A stretch of DNA of 64,000 bases from Hypanus sabinus (lineage: Eukaryota): NCBI RefSeq assembly GCF_030144855.1, contig NC_082710.1:173786001-173850000 (forward strand), written 5' to 3'. Below, in pieces: positions 1 to 12,530 of the stretch (the first letter of the stretch is position 1; each line of letters begins with the position of its first letter). A model generated the notes under the pieces. It was not told the DNA's origin. It did not search any database and worked only from the letters and a program-made list of their open reading frames with translations. Both the position numbers and the translations under genes were made by a program.

Positions 1-810
1 ATTTATTTCTGCCCTTATATGTATATGTGAAGAACAGTTTTCTCTAACACCCCCGCCCTGATTGTTTTTCGTATTTCCACACTAAAGTTGCCTTGATTGT
101 ATCCTAAGATGCGCACCCCCTCCTTTCCCTTATTAAATTTACCTTTTCTCTGGGGAGAAAGGTTTATTAGATACACATCCAAACGTTATCCTTTTGATAG
201 AACAGAGAGGTGGGGAATTGAACCTCCTTTTGTCTAGTGTCACCCTTGATACTCTCCGTGCCAGCCTGCATGGCTTAGTAGAAGTTGCCGAGAAAGAGGC
301 TGGTTGTTAGGTTCATTTTGGCTGATGCAAAATTTACACCATTATTTCCAGCAACTTAATAGATCTGTAGATTGTGTTTACCTTCAGAAACGAAACGTCT
401 CTTGGGAAAAATACAAGAATTTTGTAAATCTACAATATTAAAAATTTAACCTGAAGTCCTCACCATGGCCATTGATCACTGCTGGCAGTAATGTCACGCT
501 GAGTATTATTTCAGGAAGTTTTGCGCCACGTAACAACAGAATGGACGGTCCCTCATCTCCAATGGTAGAATATTGACGCCGCATTTGAGCTGTCCGTGCA
601 TTGTTTCAAAACAGTGACCAAATTGAAAGCATTAAATTATTCTGGAGGCACGCAGGCCTCCAAACCACGACAAGGTTGATAGGCATACTGTGATGATAAG
701 CTTTACTTTGATTTTCACTTTGGATTTGCACACTTTGCCGTTCTAATCATGTAAGCCATTGATTTTTTTGTTGAAATGTAAAATTACTGTTTAATCCAGG
801 TTGTACTATG

Positions 811-895
811 CAAACTCCACACGGACAGCACTGGAGGTCGGGATCGAACCGGGGCAGGGTTTCCGGCCCTAAGGCAGCGGCTCCACCCGCAGCGT
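811..895 (-). mobile_element. tRNA-derived SINE 5' fragment
   Basis: Minus strand has a B-box-like GGTTCGATCC followed by GTGCTGTCCGTGTGGAGTTTG, resembling SINE heads elsewhere in the window. Confidence 0.5.
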
Positions 896-1149
896 TGCTG
901 TCCCCAGGTCCTCCAGTACTCATGAATTAATCGCTTCTCTGCTTTAGGGGCAATTACAAATGAACGATAAATGCTGGCATTTCTTGCGAAGTCCACGTCC
1001 ACTCTCCAATAAAAACGGTGAAATTTATATTGTAAAAAAGAGATAAGATGTAAGATTCTAAATAATTTTAAAGGTCATTCGGTAGAACATAGGTAGGAAG
1101 TCTGGACAACTAAAATAATTTCTTTGCATGGTCAAATTAAAATAAGGGA

Positions 1150-1545
1150 GACGTGGCCAGCGAACCACCTGTACAAAACAGATTCTTCTCCAGGTACAAC
1201 AGAAATCGCCACCCTCATTTTAACAGTGTCTGGATTTCCCATGTGCTTTCAGCCGGAACATCAAGACTTTGTGAAGTGTGGTTCTCTCTAAACCAATCGA
1301 TGCGAAGGAAATGAGAAAATGAGAGGTCGCGGGGAGCCTTAAATGAGGAACATAACTGAGCATTGCAGCTCAGATACAGCTCATTTATGCCAATGATCAC
1401 GAAATGCCGAAAAACTTCCGTTCGAAGATCAGAGTTGTGCCTCTGTAAAAGAACACTATGGATCATCTCTTGTACATGCATGGACGTATCTCCTTCATTT
1501 TTGCATTGAGGTTTTGTTTCTTCATTGAATTTTTTCTGCATCTCT
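1150..1545 (-). pseudogene. Possible highly decayed H2B relic
   Basis: Minus strand shows, in H2B order, AAGGAGA-TAC (KE.Y, ~1495), WEIQT (1227-1241) and CGA TTT CTG TTG ta CCT GGA GAA = RFLL-PGE (1186-1208). Spacing needs insertions; no stem-loop found. Confidence 0.35.
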
Positions 1546-1714
1546 CGCTCGTTTCACATGCCTCATATAATTTATGTTTAAGTTCGTTTAATTGTCGTTC
1601 AACCATACATGAATGCAGTCAAACGAAACAGCGTTACTCCAGGGCCAAGGTGCAAAACACGGTCATACCCGGCACAAGGCAGATTTTCAACAACGATCAC
1701 ATATAAGATATCAG

Positions 1715-2465
1715 TGTCACGCCCTGGTCAATATTCTTACCGCTATGCTGTAGATATTTCGTTTTAATAGTTCTGTACGGGCAGTCTGTACTGCTTTTAG
1801 CATGTTTGGGGTTTGAGCTAAAGATAAGGGCTATGTTGTTCAATTTAGGAATGTTGTATCAGCCAATCGGGATGGTGGAATTGGGAGAGGGTTATAGAGA
1901 AAGCGGGCCAGAGAAGTTTTTGTGACGGACACCGGTGAGGCTCGAGGTATTTTAGGCGGGAGCTGGGGGAAGACAGAAGGGAAGATGGGTGAAAGGCTGT
2001 CCCTTTTGCACAAGATGCTTTGCGCTGATGAATGGCTTCAAGGAGGAAGGAGCAATACTCCCGTGGGGGAGCCCGTTTGTTCGAAATGGATTTCCATCGA
2101 TATTCGGAAAGTGGTGTGTGCTTTCACGCAGACAGTGGGTCCAGCGCATGAGTTAAAGACAACTTCAAGATGAGTTTCAACTTATGTGCACATTTGACTG
2201 TTTAATTATGATGGGGTCCTGTTGCTTTTCTTCCTTTTAATTTATAACTCTTTGTTAAATATACTTTCTTTATAATTATATGCAGTGTACGATCTATTAT
2301 TTATTGCTGACCGAAGATTGCCTGGGGCAGTACAGCACACAACATTGACACAAACCGGAGTTTGGGTGGTCGAGACATCCCAACCTCACGGGCTCGGCGG
2401 GACTCAAGTCATATCTACGCTAGATGTATGGAGTCTATGATTTTCTCAGCGCGGTGGCTGTTTCA
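1715..2465 (+). mobile_element. Solo LTR (Gypsy-like)
   Basis: TG...CA termini (TGTCACG at 1715, TTTCA ending 2465) flanked by a 4-bp duplication TCAG (1711-1714, 2466-2469). Internal CCAAT at ~1863; homologous to 17565-17982. Confidence 0.75.
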
Positions 2466-2912
2466 TCAGTAAAATACAGACAACACAAAAATAGTCCAAG
2501 ACCATGCTCGGCGGGGGACGACGCATGTCTGCCGGGTAGCTGTAAACAGGCTTGAGGCTTAGTCCTCGCTTCAACCAAAGCCGCGCAGTTTCCTCTCCGT
2601 CCGCCAATAAATCACTGAATTAGACTTGCGGCATTCAACAACCAACAGGATCTTGCGATCACAAGAGAGCGACTGAGTCTGCATGCCTCCTTCTCGCATT
2701 GGCTCCTCCGACGCCTCACTGATAAAAGGGGCAGGTGCGAGCAGTGGATTGGTCAGAATTACAGGGAAGGGCGGGTCCTAGTGGAGTGCCGTAGCAGAGG
2801 ATTGGATAGGCTCCGAGCAGGTTTGCTCTACGACGTCCACTTTCTCCTATTATGTGCGAGGATTCCTCTGCTCGCCCACCCAGGTGGGGCGTCGTGGACC
2901 AGGAAGGTTCTG

Positions 2913-3509
2913 ATGGCCGAGGTCGTTCCCGCCAAGGCTGATATTCCCGTCGTTCTTCCTCCTGACACTTCTGCCGGTTCCGACCTCGCCGCCCCTTCGG
3001 CCACGATCGGTACTGCGGCTAAGAAGAAGGCGCTTCATCGGTCTCAAAAGGCCACAGCGGCCATGGTGGTTGAGCAGATCGCGGAGGTGGTAGCCGCCAC
3101 TAAAGAGCGACAGGCCTCTAAGCTGGGCGGTGTGAAGAAAACCATCTCGGCCGCTGGCTACGATGCGGACAAGGCCGTCGCCCGCTCCAACCTGCCAGCC
3201 GACACCTTGCCTAACAAGGGTTCCACCGTGGAAGGCACTGTCGCCGGCAGCTCCGCTTCCGCTCTTCGCCCGGATCAGGAAGCGGAGGGCGAGCGGGGAG
3301 AGTCCGAGGACCAGAGGAAAGGAGGGACAAAGAAGAAAGCAGCGACCAGAAAACCGCCTCCGAAAAGATCGGCGGCAGCCAAGTCCGCTGCCCGGAATCG
3401 TGCCAAGAGTCCCAGCAAGCGCATAACGGCCAAGGCCAAAAAAGCGCCGAAGCGTCCCGCTGCTTCCCGGGCTGCTGGGCGTGGCCGCCGGGCTGCCAAA
3501 CGGAAATAG
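2913..3509 (+). CDS. H1-derived basic protein A (198 aa) with degenerate globular domain
   Basis: Intronless ORF from ATG 2913. VAATKER..KLGGVKKTISAAGYD..NKGS aligns to the H1 winged helix; K/A/P/R-rich tail with SPSK; canonical stem-loop 22 nt after the stop. Confidence 0.85.
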   Translation: MAEVVPAKADIPVVLPPDTSAGSDLAAPSATIGTAAKKKALHRSQKATAAMVVEQIAEVVAATKERQASKLGGVKKTISAAGYDADKAVARSNLPADTLPNKGSTVEGTVAGSSASALRPDQEAEGERGESEDQRKGGTKKKAATRKPPPKRSAAAKSAARNRAKSPSKRITAKAKKAPKRPAASRAAGRGRRAAKRK

Positions 3510-3531
3510 AGGTTAAGCATCTGAAACCAAA

Positions 3532-3547
3532 GGCTCTTTTCAGAGCC
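3532..3547 (+). terminator. Histone 3' stem-loop
   Basis: GGCTCTTTTCAGAGCC preceded by CCAAA; purine-rich AAAGGGGAG about 15 nt downstream (HDE-like). Confidence 0.95.
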
Positions 3548-5319
3548 GCGCAAACATCTTCAAAGGGGAGGGCTACACAGTAACATCCAGGACTGGTACT
3601 AAGTCCACAGCTTAAGTATACAGACACCACATACTGACCCGAGATACACTTACTTACAGCCATTCTCAGTACAACCAAGAAATACAGTAAGTGGAAAAAA
3701 CAAAATACAAAAGAAAAGCAAATAATACTGAGAACATGAGTTAGTCCATAGGTTGTGAAATCAGCTCGGAGCTGAAGTGAGTGAAGGTATTTCCCCTGGT
3801 CCAGCTTCTTGAAGCTGCTGGTGTGGGACCTAAGCTCCCCGTACCTCCTGTCCAATGGTAGGAGCGAGTGGAGGGCGTGGACTGGATGGTGGTGAAGGAT
3901 TCTGCTTTTTGTGGCATTCGCGGGCACGTCTATCCAAGAATCATTAACGTCAGGAATCCAGTTTCCTGATTATTTGATGTATATATATCTATTACCTTAA
4001 GAATTAATTATTCGAGAAATACAGTTCTCCTGAGCAGAGATTTAAAAAAACACCACCCTCCCTGTTAAGTCACTTCAGGTTATAAATTAGCAATGGCAAT
4101 TTATTATTCTGAATTTTTGATATTTACACCCAGACTTCTCATCGGAAGCATCCGAGAACACCCCTAATTTCTTTTTTTTCCTATTCTAAGCTACAGAAAA
4201 TAGAGATGTTTTCTCAGCCTCTCCTGTAGTGAAACAAACTAACTGTCCCAGCGGCATTAAACAGTCCACTGGAGGAACGGGAAGAGGATTGTTGACGTTT
4301 ATGGCTAGGGTTTCATTGAAACCCACGTATTAAGCCCTGATTCAAGGTTTTAAACTGAATGTTACTGAAGTTCTGCGATTTGTGGATTGGATTGGCACTC
4401 AGTTTGACATTTTTAAAAAATATTCTGTGTTTTTGCCCGTTCTTTCTGGTTGCTATTTGCCGCAATTTGTGCGAGGATGGGGAGGGGGGTGGGGTACAGT
4501 TGAAGTGTCTCTGTGAATGACCTGCATGGTTCTTCTTTGTTTCGGGGCTATCTGGAGAAGAACAGACTCAGAGCTGTATACTGCATACTTACTTTGATAA
4601 TAAATGAACCTTTAAATCCGTTCATGGAAACGTGGAGAATTCCTTCCCCAAACACCAGCCCCTCGCTCCCTGGAGATTCTCTTCTACCAGATGATTTCCT
4701 CCAGCAGATTGTTTCTTGCTTCAGTCTTTCATGTCAACCAATGACGAAACTGTGCTGCACACCTCTTTTGGTGAAGTACGCCTCTGTTTAAAAGTGACAC
4801 AAGCTAAGCTAACTACAATAACCTGGATATCTCTCCATTGTGATTTGCTCCTTCAGATAAATTCTCTGATAATTAACATGGGCCAATGTTGGCTTCAGCG
4901 ACTTGTGTAAGAATAAATCATTGACCTTTTTAAATATCAGATTCAGAATCATTTATTTATCACATGTATATTGAAACATACAGTGAAATGTGTTGTTTGT
5001 GTTAATGACCAACACAACATAAGGATGCAGGACACCTTCATTTCGGGAAATAAGATGGTTCTTTGGTCAGCAAGAGCTGTGCTTTCGTGCACCATCAGGA
5101 AGACTAAATGTGATTATTAGCAGAGAATATACAGCATTTCAGGGATGCCAGAGACACTTGGTGCATCTAGCAGGGCACTCAAACCATTATGGATTTCACT
5201 CTTCCCATCAATGACAATGAGCTAGGCCGAGTGTCTTTTATACACAATTTGATGCATGGAATGATGTGTCCGTGAGGAAGCCCCCCCCCCCCCACAAAGT
5301 GCAGGCACTCTGCCTGGCA

Positions 5320-6815
5320 GCTGATATGAGGAAGCCCCTGGCCAGGGTCAACCATTGTGGGGCCTGATGACATCTCTACTTGAGTGCTGAGGGGCTGTAC
5401 AACCCAGTTAACAGAGCTCCTAACAGACATCTTCAACATCTTTTTGAAGACTCCACTATCCCTCAGAATTCAAGGCAGTCACCAGCATCCCAGTGTCTAA
5501 GGGGGTGCCGGTAGCCTGCTTCATCGACTACTGTCCAGTGGCTCTGGCCTCAACAATAACGGAGTGCTTTGAGCAGATGGTATGGATCACATTAGATTCC
5601 ATCTTACTGCTACACAGGGCTCTTTCCAGTTCACTCATCGCTCAAAAGGGTCCACTGACGTTGCCATAGCATCCTGTCCCACCTGGAAAATGGAGCCTCA
5701 TATGCCAGAACGCTGTTCATCAGCTTCAGTTTGGTGTTTAATATAATCATCCCTTAGACAATGGTGGGTAAACGCTCCTTGTTGGGTCTCAGCACTTCTC
5801 TCTGTAACTGAATCTTGGACTTGTTGACAAGAAGGCCACATGTTGGCAGACACATCTCCAGCTCCACCACAATGAGCACCGGTGCTCCCCCAGGGCTGTT
5901 CACCATGCTGATGCATAACTGCACTGCTAGGTTCAGATCAAAACCAAATCACCATGCTTTTGATACCTTGGCCTTTATAAATCAAAGTATTGAGTACAAG
6001 AGTTGGAATGTTATGGCGAGGCCGAATTTGGAGTACTCTGTGCAGTTTTGGTCATCAAATTACTGGAAGGATATAATAAGTTTGAAAGAGTTCAGAGAAG
6101 GTTTACAAGGGTGTTGCTGGGACTTGAGAAACTGATTTACAGGGAAAGGTTGACTAGGTTAGGACTTTATTCCCTGGAGTGTAAAAGAATGAGGGGAGAC
6201 TTGATAGAGGTATATAAAATTATGATGGGTATAGATAGAGTGAATGCAAGCAGGCTTTTTCTACTGAGGCCAGGGGAGAAAAAAAACCAGAGGACATGGT
6301 TTAAGGGTGAAGGGTGAAAAGTTTAAAGGGAACATGGAGGTGGGGGGGGGGCTTCTTCACACAGTGAGTGGTGGGAGTGTGGAATGAGCTGCCAGATTAA
6401 CTGGTGAATGCAGGCTCACTTTTGACATTTAAGAAAAACTTGGACAGGTACATGGATGAGAGGTGTATGGAGGGATATGGTCCAGGTGCAGGTCAGAGGG
6501 ACTAGGCAGAAAAATGATTCGGCACAGCCAAGAAGAGCCAAAAGGCCTGTTTTTGTGCTGGAATGTTCGATGGTTCTAAGTTCACTGATGACATTACAGT
6601 TGTTGGCCTCATCAACAACGATGCCGAGCTGGCATACAGGGATGAGGTGAGGCAGCTGATAGAATGGTGCCAACACAACCTGAGTCTCAAGGTGGACAAG
6701 TTTAAAGAGATGAGTGTGGACTTTAGGAAGGTGCAGGCTGGCCAATCCGTGGAGAGAGATAGGAGCACCAAGTTTCTGGGAGTGCACATAATGGATGATC
6801 TCTGGTCTCTCAGCA
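5320..6815 (+). mobile_element. Decayed Rex1/Babar-like LINE RT region, split by a CR1 insertion
   Basis: GPDDI..VLRGCTTQLTELLTDIFNI and STGAPQG before ~5945; KFTDDITVVGLINNDAELAYRDEV resumes at ~6578. Confidence 0.7.
5955..6570 (+). mobile_element. CR1 LINE 3' fragment nested in the Rex1-like element
   Basis: LEYSVQFW and ERVQRRFTR..RLGLYSLE..RMRGDLIEVYKIM motifs plus a CR1-type 3' UTR. Confidence 0.85.
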
Positions 6816-6971
6816 GTGAGGAGAGTGAGGTGAGCTTTTACACTTTTACCTTAATGCTCAATGTGTTTGGTTTGTGTAAACGGTACGTAAGATAAGCTAT
6901 TCACTGTATCTTGGTACACTTGACAATGTGTCAATGGCAATTCCACACAGACAACATGCAGGGTCATGATT

Positions 6972-8050
6972 CAAGTCAAGTCAAGTCAACTTTTATTGTC
7001 ATTTCGACCACAACTGCTGGTACAGTGCATAGTAAAAATGAGACAACGTTTTTCAGGACCATGGTTTACATGACACAGTACAAAAAATTAGACTGAATTA
7101 CGTATTAAAAAAAACAGAGAAAGCTACACTAGACTACAGACCTACACTGGACTGTGTAAAGTGCACAAAAACAGTGCAGTCATTACAATAGATAATAAAC
7201 AGGGCAATAGGGCAAGGTGTCAGTCCAGGCTTCGGGTATTGAGGAGTCTGATAGCTTGGGGGAAGAAACTGTTACATAGTCTGGTCATGAAAGCCGGAAT
7301 GCTTCAGAGCCTTTTCCCAGATGGCAGGAAGGAAGAAGAGATTATATGAGGGGTGCATGGGGTCCTTCTTAATGCTGTTTCCTTTGCGGATGCAGCGTGT
7401 AGTGTAAATGTCCGTGATGGTGGGATGAGAGACCCCGATGATCTTCTCAGCTGACCTCACTATCCGCTACAGGGTCTTGCGATCCGAGATGGTGCAATTT
7501 CCGAACCCGGCACTGATACAGTTGTTCAGGATGCTCTCAATACAACCCCTATAGAATGTGATGAGGATGGGGTGGGGGGGGGGGGGGAACGTGGACTTTC
7601 CTCAGCCTTCGCAGAAAGTAGAGACGCTGCTGGGCTTTCTTTGCTATGGAGCTGGTGTTGAGGGACCAGGTGAGATTCTCCGTCAGGTGTACACCAAGAA
7701 ATTTGGTGCTCTTTACGGTCTCTACCGAGGAGCCATCGATGTTCAGCGGGGAGTGGTCACTCCGTGCCCTCCTGAAGTCTACAACCATCTCTTTTGTTTT
7801 GTTCACATTCAGAGACAGGTTGTTGGCTCTGCACCTCCTCTCTGTAAGCTGACTCGTCGTTCTTGCTGATGAGACCCATCACGGTCCTGTCATCGGCAAA
7901 CTTGATGATATGGTTGTGGGTCAGCAGAGTGAACAGCAGTGGACTGAGCACACAACCCTGGGGAGCCCCCGTGCTCAGAGTGACAGGTTGTTGGCTCTGC
8001 ACCTCCTCTCTGTAAGCTGGCTCATCGTTCTTGCTGATGAGACCCACCAC
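6972..8050 (-). mobile_element. Rex1/Babar-like LINE 3' part with internal duplication
   Basis: STGAPQGCVLSPLLF, KFADD, KTKEMVVDFRR, KKAQQRLYFLRRL; (TTGAC)n tail at 6972-6990; ~65-bp segment repeated at ~7815 and ~7983. Confidence 0.85.
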
Positions 8051-8871
8051 GCCAACAAGGCTTGGACTCCAAGTGTGGCCTGAAAAGTGTAAGTAACATT
8101 TACATAGTCCAAGTGTGGAAAATTTACAAACTACAATGCAATTATTTACTTGGCTATTCTGAACGCACCTCCCAAATCTATGACTTCAACCAAGAATGAC
8201 GTGACATAGGGATACCATCAAATACAGTTTTCCTTCCAAATTGTGTGCTGTATGTAATGAAAATATTTTAAAAATTTGTTTTCTGATTCAGCAGTGAGAG
8301 ATATCCGTAAAGGAGGTACTGTACATGTGTTAAAGGTATTAATTTATTAGAATTAAATAAATAAAACACTGAGAGAAAATGAGTATTAAAGTTAAAGACA
8401 AAATAAGTCCAATCACTGACCCATTGGTGCCCAACAGCTTTTCCAGTCTCTTTCAAACTTAGAACTAGTCAGGATCCAGCCTAAGAGAAGGTTCCCCACA
8501 AATCAATAGCTTTTTTTATATCCTTCCAAGATCTTTTCTAAAAAGCTAGCATAACTTTTACCTTGGCAGCTTCCTTACACCATCCCGAGTTGGTAATATA
8601 TTGCTGACTGCCAGTCATCCCTGTGGATAACTTTACTCACTGCAACACTGAAACGATCACTTAAACACAATCTATGGATTCACTTTCCACAACGCTAAAA
8701 TCTCATGTTCAACCTAAAATAAAGCTAATACTAAACCAATTGATACAGTACATAAAAGGATATAGTAACCAGAAATGTTTTAGAAGAACGATGCTTACAG
8801 GACGTATATTTTCATAGCATTTCCACCTGCTGTTCAAAACAGGAGTTAATGTTCTTTTAGAATGATTTGGT

Positions 8872-8887
8872 GGTTCTTAAAAGAACC
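8872..8887 (-). terminator. Histone 3' stem-loop
   Basis: Minus strand GGTTCTTTTAAGAACC followed by ACCAA. Confidence 0.92.
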
Positions 8888-8920
8888 TTTGGTTTTCGAA
8901 ACAGTTGCCCGATTTAGTTT

Positions 8921-9346
<426 letters not shown>

Positions 9347-10897
9347 TTATCACGTGACACTCCTCCGCCGCTCGCCCCTACTCTCTCTTTCGCGACATAA
9401 CGTAAAATCTAATAAAGGTACTTCCACTCGTCGGAAATAAATAAATGCATGTTTCTGTATTTTCTTGCAAATTAACATTCTCAGTAAAACAGAAAACAGC
9501 ATTTTTGTTAGACAATCAGAGAAAATGTTAAAACCTTGTAATTTAATTGGAGGAAAATAAGTAATGCTAGGGAACTAGACGCATTTCTCGGCGATAGTCT
9601 TAATGCCTAAATGTAAATGTTGTTTTTAGTTTCACTAGGGCCAAATTTATCGCAGGGGGAAAAAAAGATCTTGACGATAAACCACTAATTTTGCACTATC
9701 GGTTTATTTATTTTACTATTTGTTCCCTTTTATTTACTTGCACAGTTCGTCTTTTTTGCTTATTGATTTGTGTGTAGATTTTCACTGATCCCGTTGCCTT
9801 TCTTTTATCTGCTGTGAATGACTGCAAGAAAATGAAACTTAGGGTTGTATATTGTATGTGTACTTTGATAATAAATTTACTTTTAAGTTTGAACTTAAAC
9901 TACGATTGCTCCAAGGAGCCTAATTCTTCATTAAGTTCTTTATTAGCAATTAGCAAGCATGCAAGCTTAAGCTAAGTGCAATTGAATGTTATTCAGTGAT
10001 GTTGAGTGATCTGCAAAAGATATGACATCCAGCAGCCCCAAGCAACAACTGTAAAGAGCAAAGCACGAATACGTGATTTATTCCGTTCACTTTTGCCAAG
10101 CCACTATTTCTATAATAAACACAGAATACAGTGCAGATAGAGAACAGCATGTTTACATTGTAAATACATGCTGTTATTTATATATTGATGTACATTTTAT
10201 CCATCTGCATACTTTAACCTCAAAGTCTATGTTATACAGTATAACCTTTTATTCTTTATAATTGCTGAATGTTGTTTTGTGCTGCATGTTACTCTCCGAT
10301 CAACTCACCACTGCAAACTCCTAAATGTGTATGGGGAATAAAGTTGATCCTTGATATTAATTCCCAGAACAGATTAAAGGAAGCTTCCTGCTGAGAGAGA
10401 AATTAGGCTAACATGCGATATTGAAGGTCAGAGTGACAAGGTGTAACTTGCTGTCATAGGGAGTGGTTGAGGAGAATAGATGGACAAGGGAACTGGATAA
10501 ATACATGAAGGAGGAAGGAAAAGAGGGACATGCAGCTGGGCAGAGGACGAAAGGTAGGAAGAGGTTTCTGCAGAGTGAGATTAACAGTATTAAAAATGGA
10601 GAGCATGATTAGGGTAAGGGCAAGAGGTTTAGAGGAGAACAGAAGTAAGATTATTTTCCATTCAAGGTTGGTTGGACTTTAGAACACACTGCCCGAGGAG
10701 GCAGTGGATTTAATCACCAAGGTGTAGAAGGCTACAGGCCAAGCGCTGCTAAATGGGGTTTGTTTAGAGATTAGCTTAGTGTTTCCCATCTATAGTGAAA
10801 CATTCAAACATGCAGCAAATTGCATCTTTTGTGTCAATGACCAACAGTCTGAAATGTGCTGGGAGCAGCCTGTAAGAGCCATCATGCTTCCAGTGCC

Positions 10898-11110
10898 AAC
10901 CTTACTAATCCTACCCTGCATGTCTTTGGACTGTGGGAGGGAACCCACGCAGTCGCGGGGAGAATGTACTACCCTAACCCTAACCTTACTAATCCTACCC
11001 TGCATGTCTTTGGACTGTGGGAGGAAACCCACGCAGTCGCGGGGAGAATGTACTATCTCTGGTGCGGTGAAAATTGAGCCCTGTTCTCTGGCACTGTGAT
11101 AGCTTTATGC
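10898..11110 (-). mobile_element. V-SINE (HE1-like) fragment with internal tandem duplication (84-bp period)
   Basis: CTCCCACAGTCCAAAGACATG core present twice; units start at ~10898 and ~10982. Confidence 0.65.
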
Positions 11111-11849
11111 TACTCAATGATCTGCATCGACATTGTGGGCCGAAGGGCCGGTAGGTCCCTGGCTCCATTATTGAGCCTATCTTTCATGTTGTGACGAAAG
11201 TTCCGACAAATCACACACGTGATGGACAAGTTCCTCATGCTACTGAGAGTGGCGTTCGGAGAAAGCTCGTGTATGTTTCTGGTCGCTACAACACAAGGAA
11301 CGTGGTGGAGACAGTGAGCCCGAGACAATGCGAGTTAAATTAGAATCAAAGAAGACAAGTTGATGTGATCTGGACTACATGAAAGGGGTGGTAGAATGGT
11401 ATTACCTTTTAGAACTGGGATATTTGCAGTTTTATGTGGAATAGACGGGATAAATTCGATAGATATTTCAAAGAGCCAGCAAAGGAGAAACTGGTAGAAT
11501 AGCCTCCTTCATTGCTGTCTGTAACAAAGGAGCATTGAGAATCCCATCAGTGTTTACACAGGGAAAATATTTGGCGCCTAAATAATGTTGATTAAGTCTT
11601 TATTGTTGTTCCAATATCTTAAAAGCAAATACTACAAAGATATCAGTACCGCGGCCCGCACCGATGCACTTCTCACCTACACCAGTCTTCGTATCCGAGT
11701 GAAAACTTGTACTGGAATATCAAAATGGTTTGTCAGGGAAAGACTAACATTACACAGACGCTGTGGCACAATAGAAGTGACACAACAATCAATAACCAGA
11801 GCGAGTCTGTTTGGTGAACTGGAACTTCAATCGTTAGGGTTCACAGATA

Positions 11850-12530
11850 TTAGACCTTACAGGCAGCCACAAAACAAAGAAACCCAATAGAACCTATTAA
11901 AAAACCCGTCAAAAACCCAGTGTGCTGAAAAACATCGTGCAAATAGGAGCAAACAAGTAACATTCAGAACTGACGTTTAGGAAAGTGAGTCCGCAGTCAC
12001 GAAGCTAGTTATCATTGCGGCCGATCCAGGAGCCTGCTAGTTGCAGTCCGTAGTCTTGCTTGTGCGCAGAAACAAGCTGAACATTGGCCCGTACCTCGCC
12101 TCCGGCCCTGACAACCTAACCTTTCCAACCTGACCCGGCACTTAAATCAGCAAACCTTTGGTCATTCCACGCTCTCAGAAGCGGACCGAGGCCCTCCGTC
12201 TCGCTTCGGTTCTGCCGCATCGAATCAGCTCCAAGTCCGCACCGGCAACGGGCAAACATTAGCTCATTCCGTAGTCTTGGGCCCTGGCCCCGCCACCTCG
12301 TTTCGGCCCATACCCACTACATTGAAACTGTCCTGTACCTTCGAGACTTCAGTTCAAACTGCAAAAATGACAGGTCACACACTCAGCTGAAAAGCTCAAC
12401 TCCGAAAGGAAAGTTACATGTTATTGATTACGATGATCGTATCCGAGAAAAAGTATGATTAATACAGAGCTAAGGTTGTTTTGTTCGCTACCAGCAAGTT
12501 GTCGCTGTGCTTCACCAGCGTCATATAAAC
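11850..12530. repeat. Unclassified ~0.7-kb interspersed repeat, copy 1
   Basis: Shares CCTTACAGGCAGCCACAAA..AAACCCAATAGAACC and CCTTCGAGACTTCAGTTC..CTGCAAAAATG with 35700-36450. Confidence 0.65.

Noticed and set aside
2781-2912. N-terminal extensions in the ORF track (also 21609, 29435, 39070)
   Set aside because: They start at GTG/TTG within promoter or 5' UTR DNA; the downstream ATGs fit histone starts.
11200-11700. Weak H3-like words (ATESGVRRK..RY; YRGP.TDALL)
   Set aside because: Too few identities and no colinear support.
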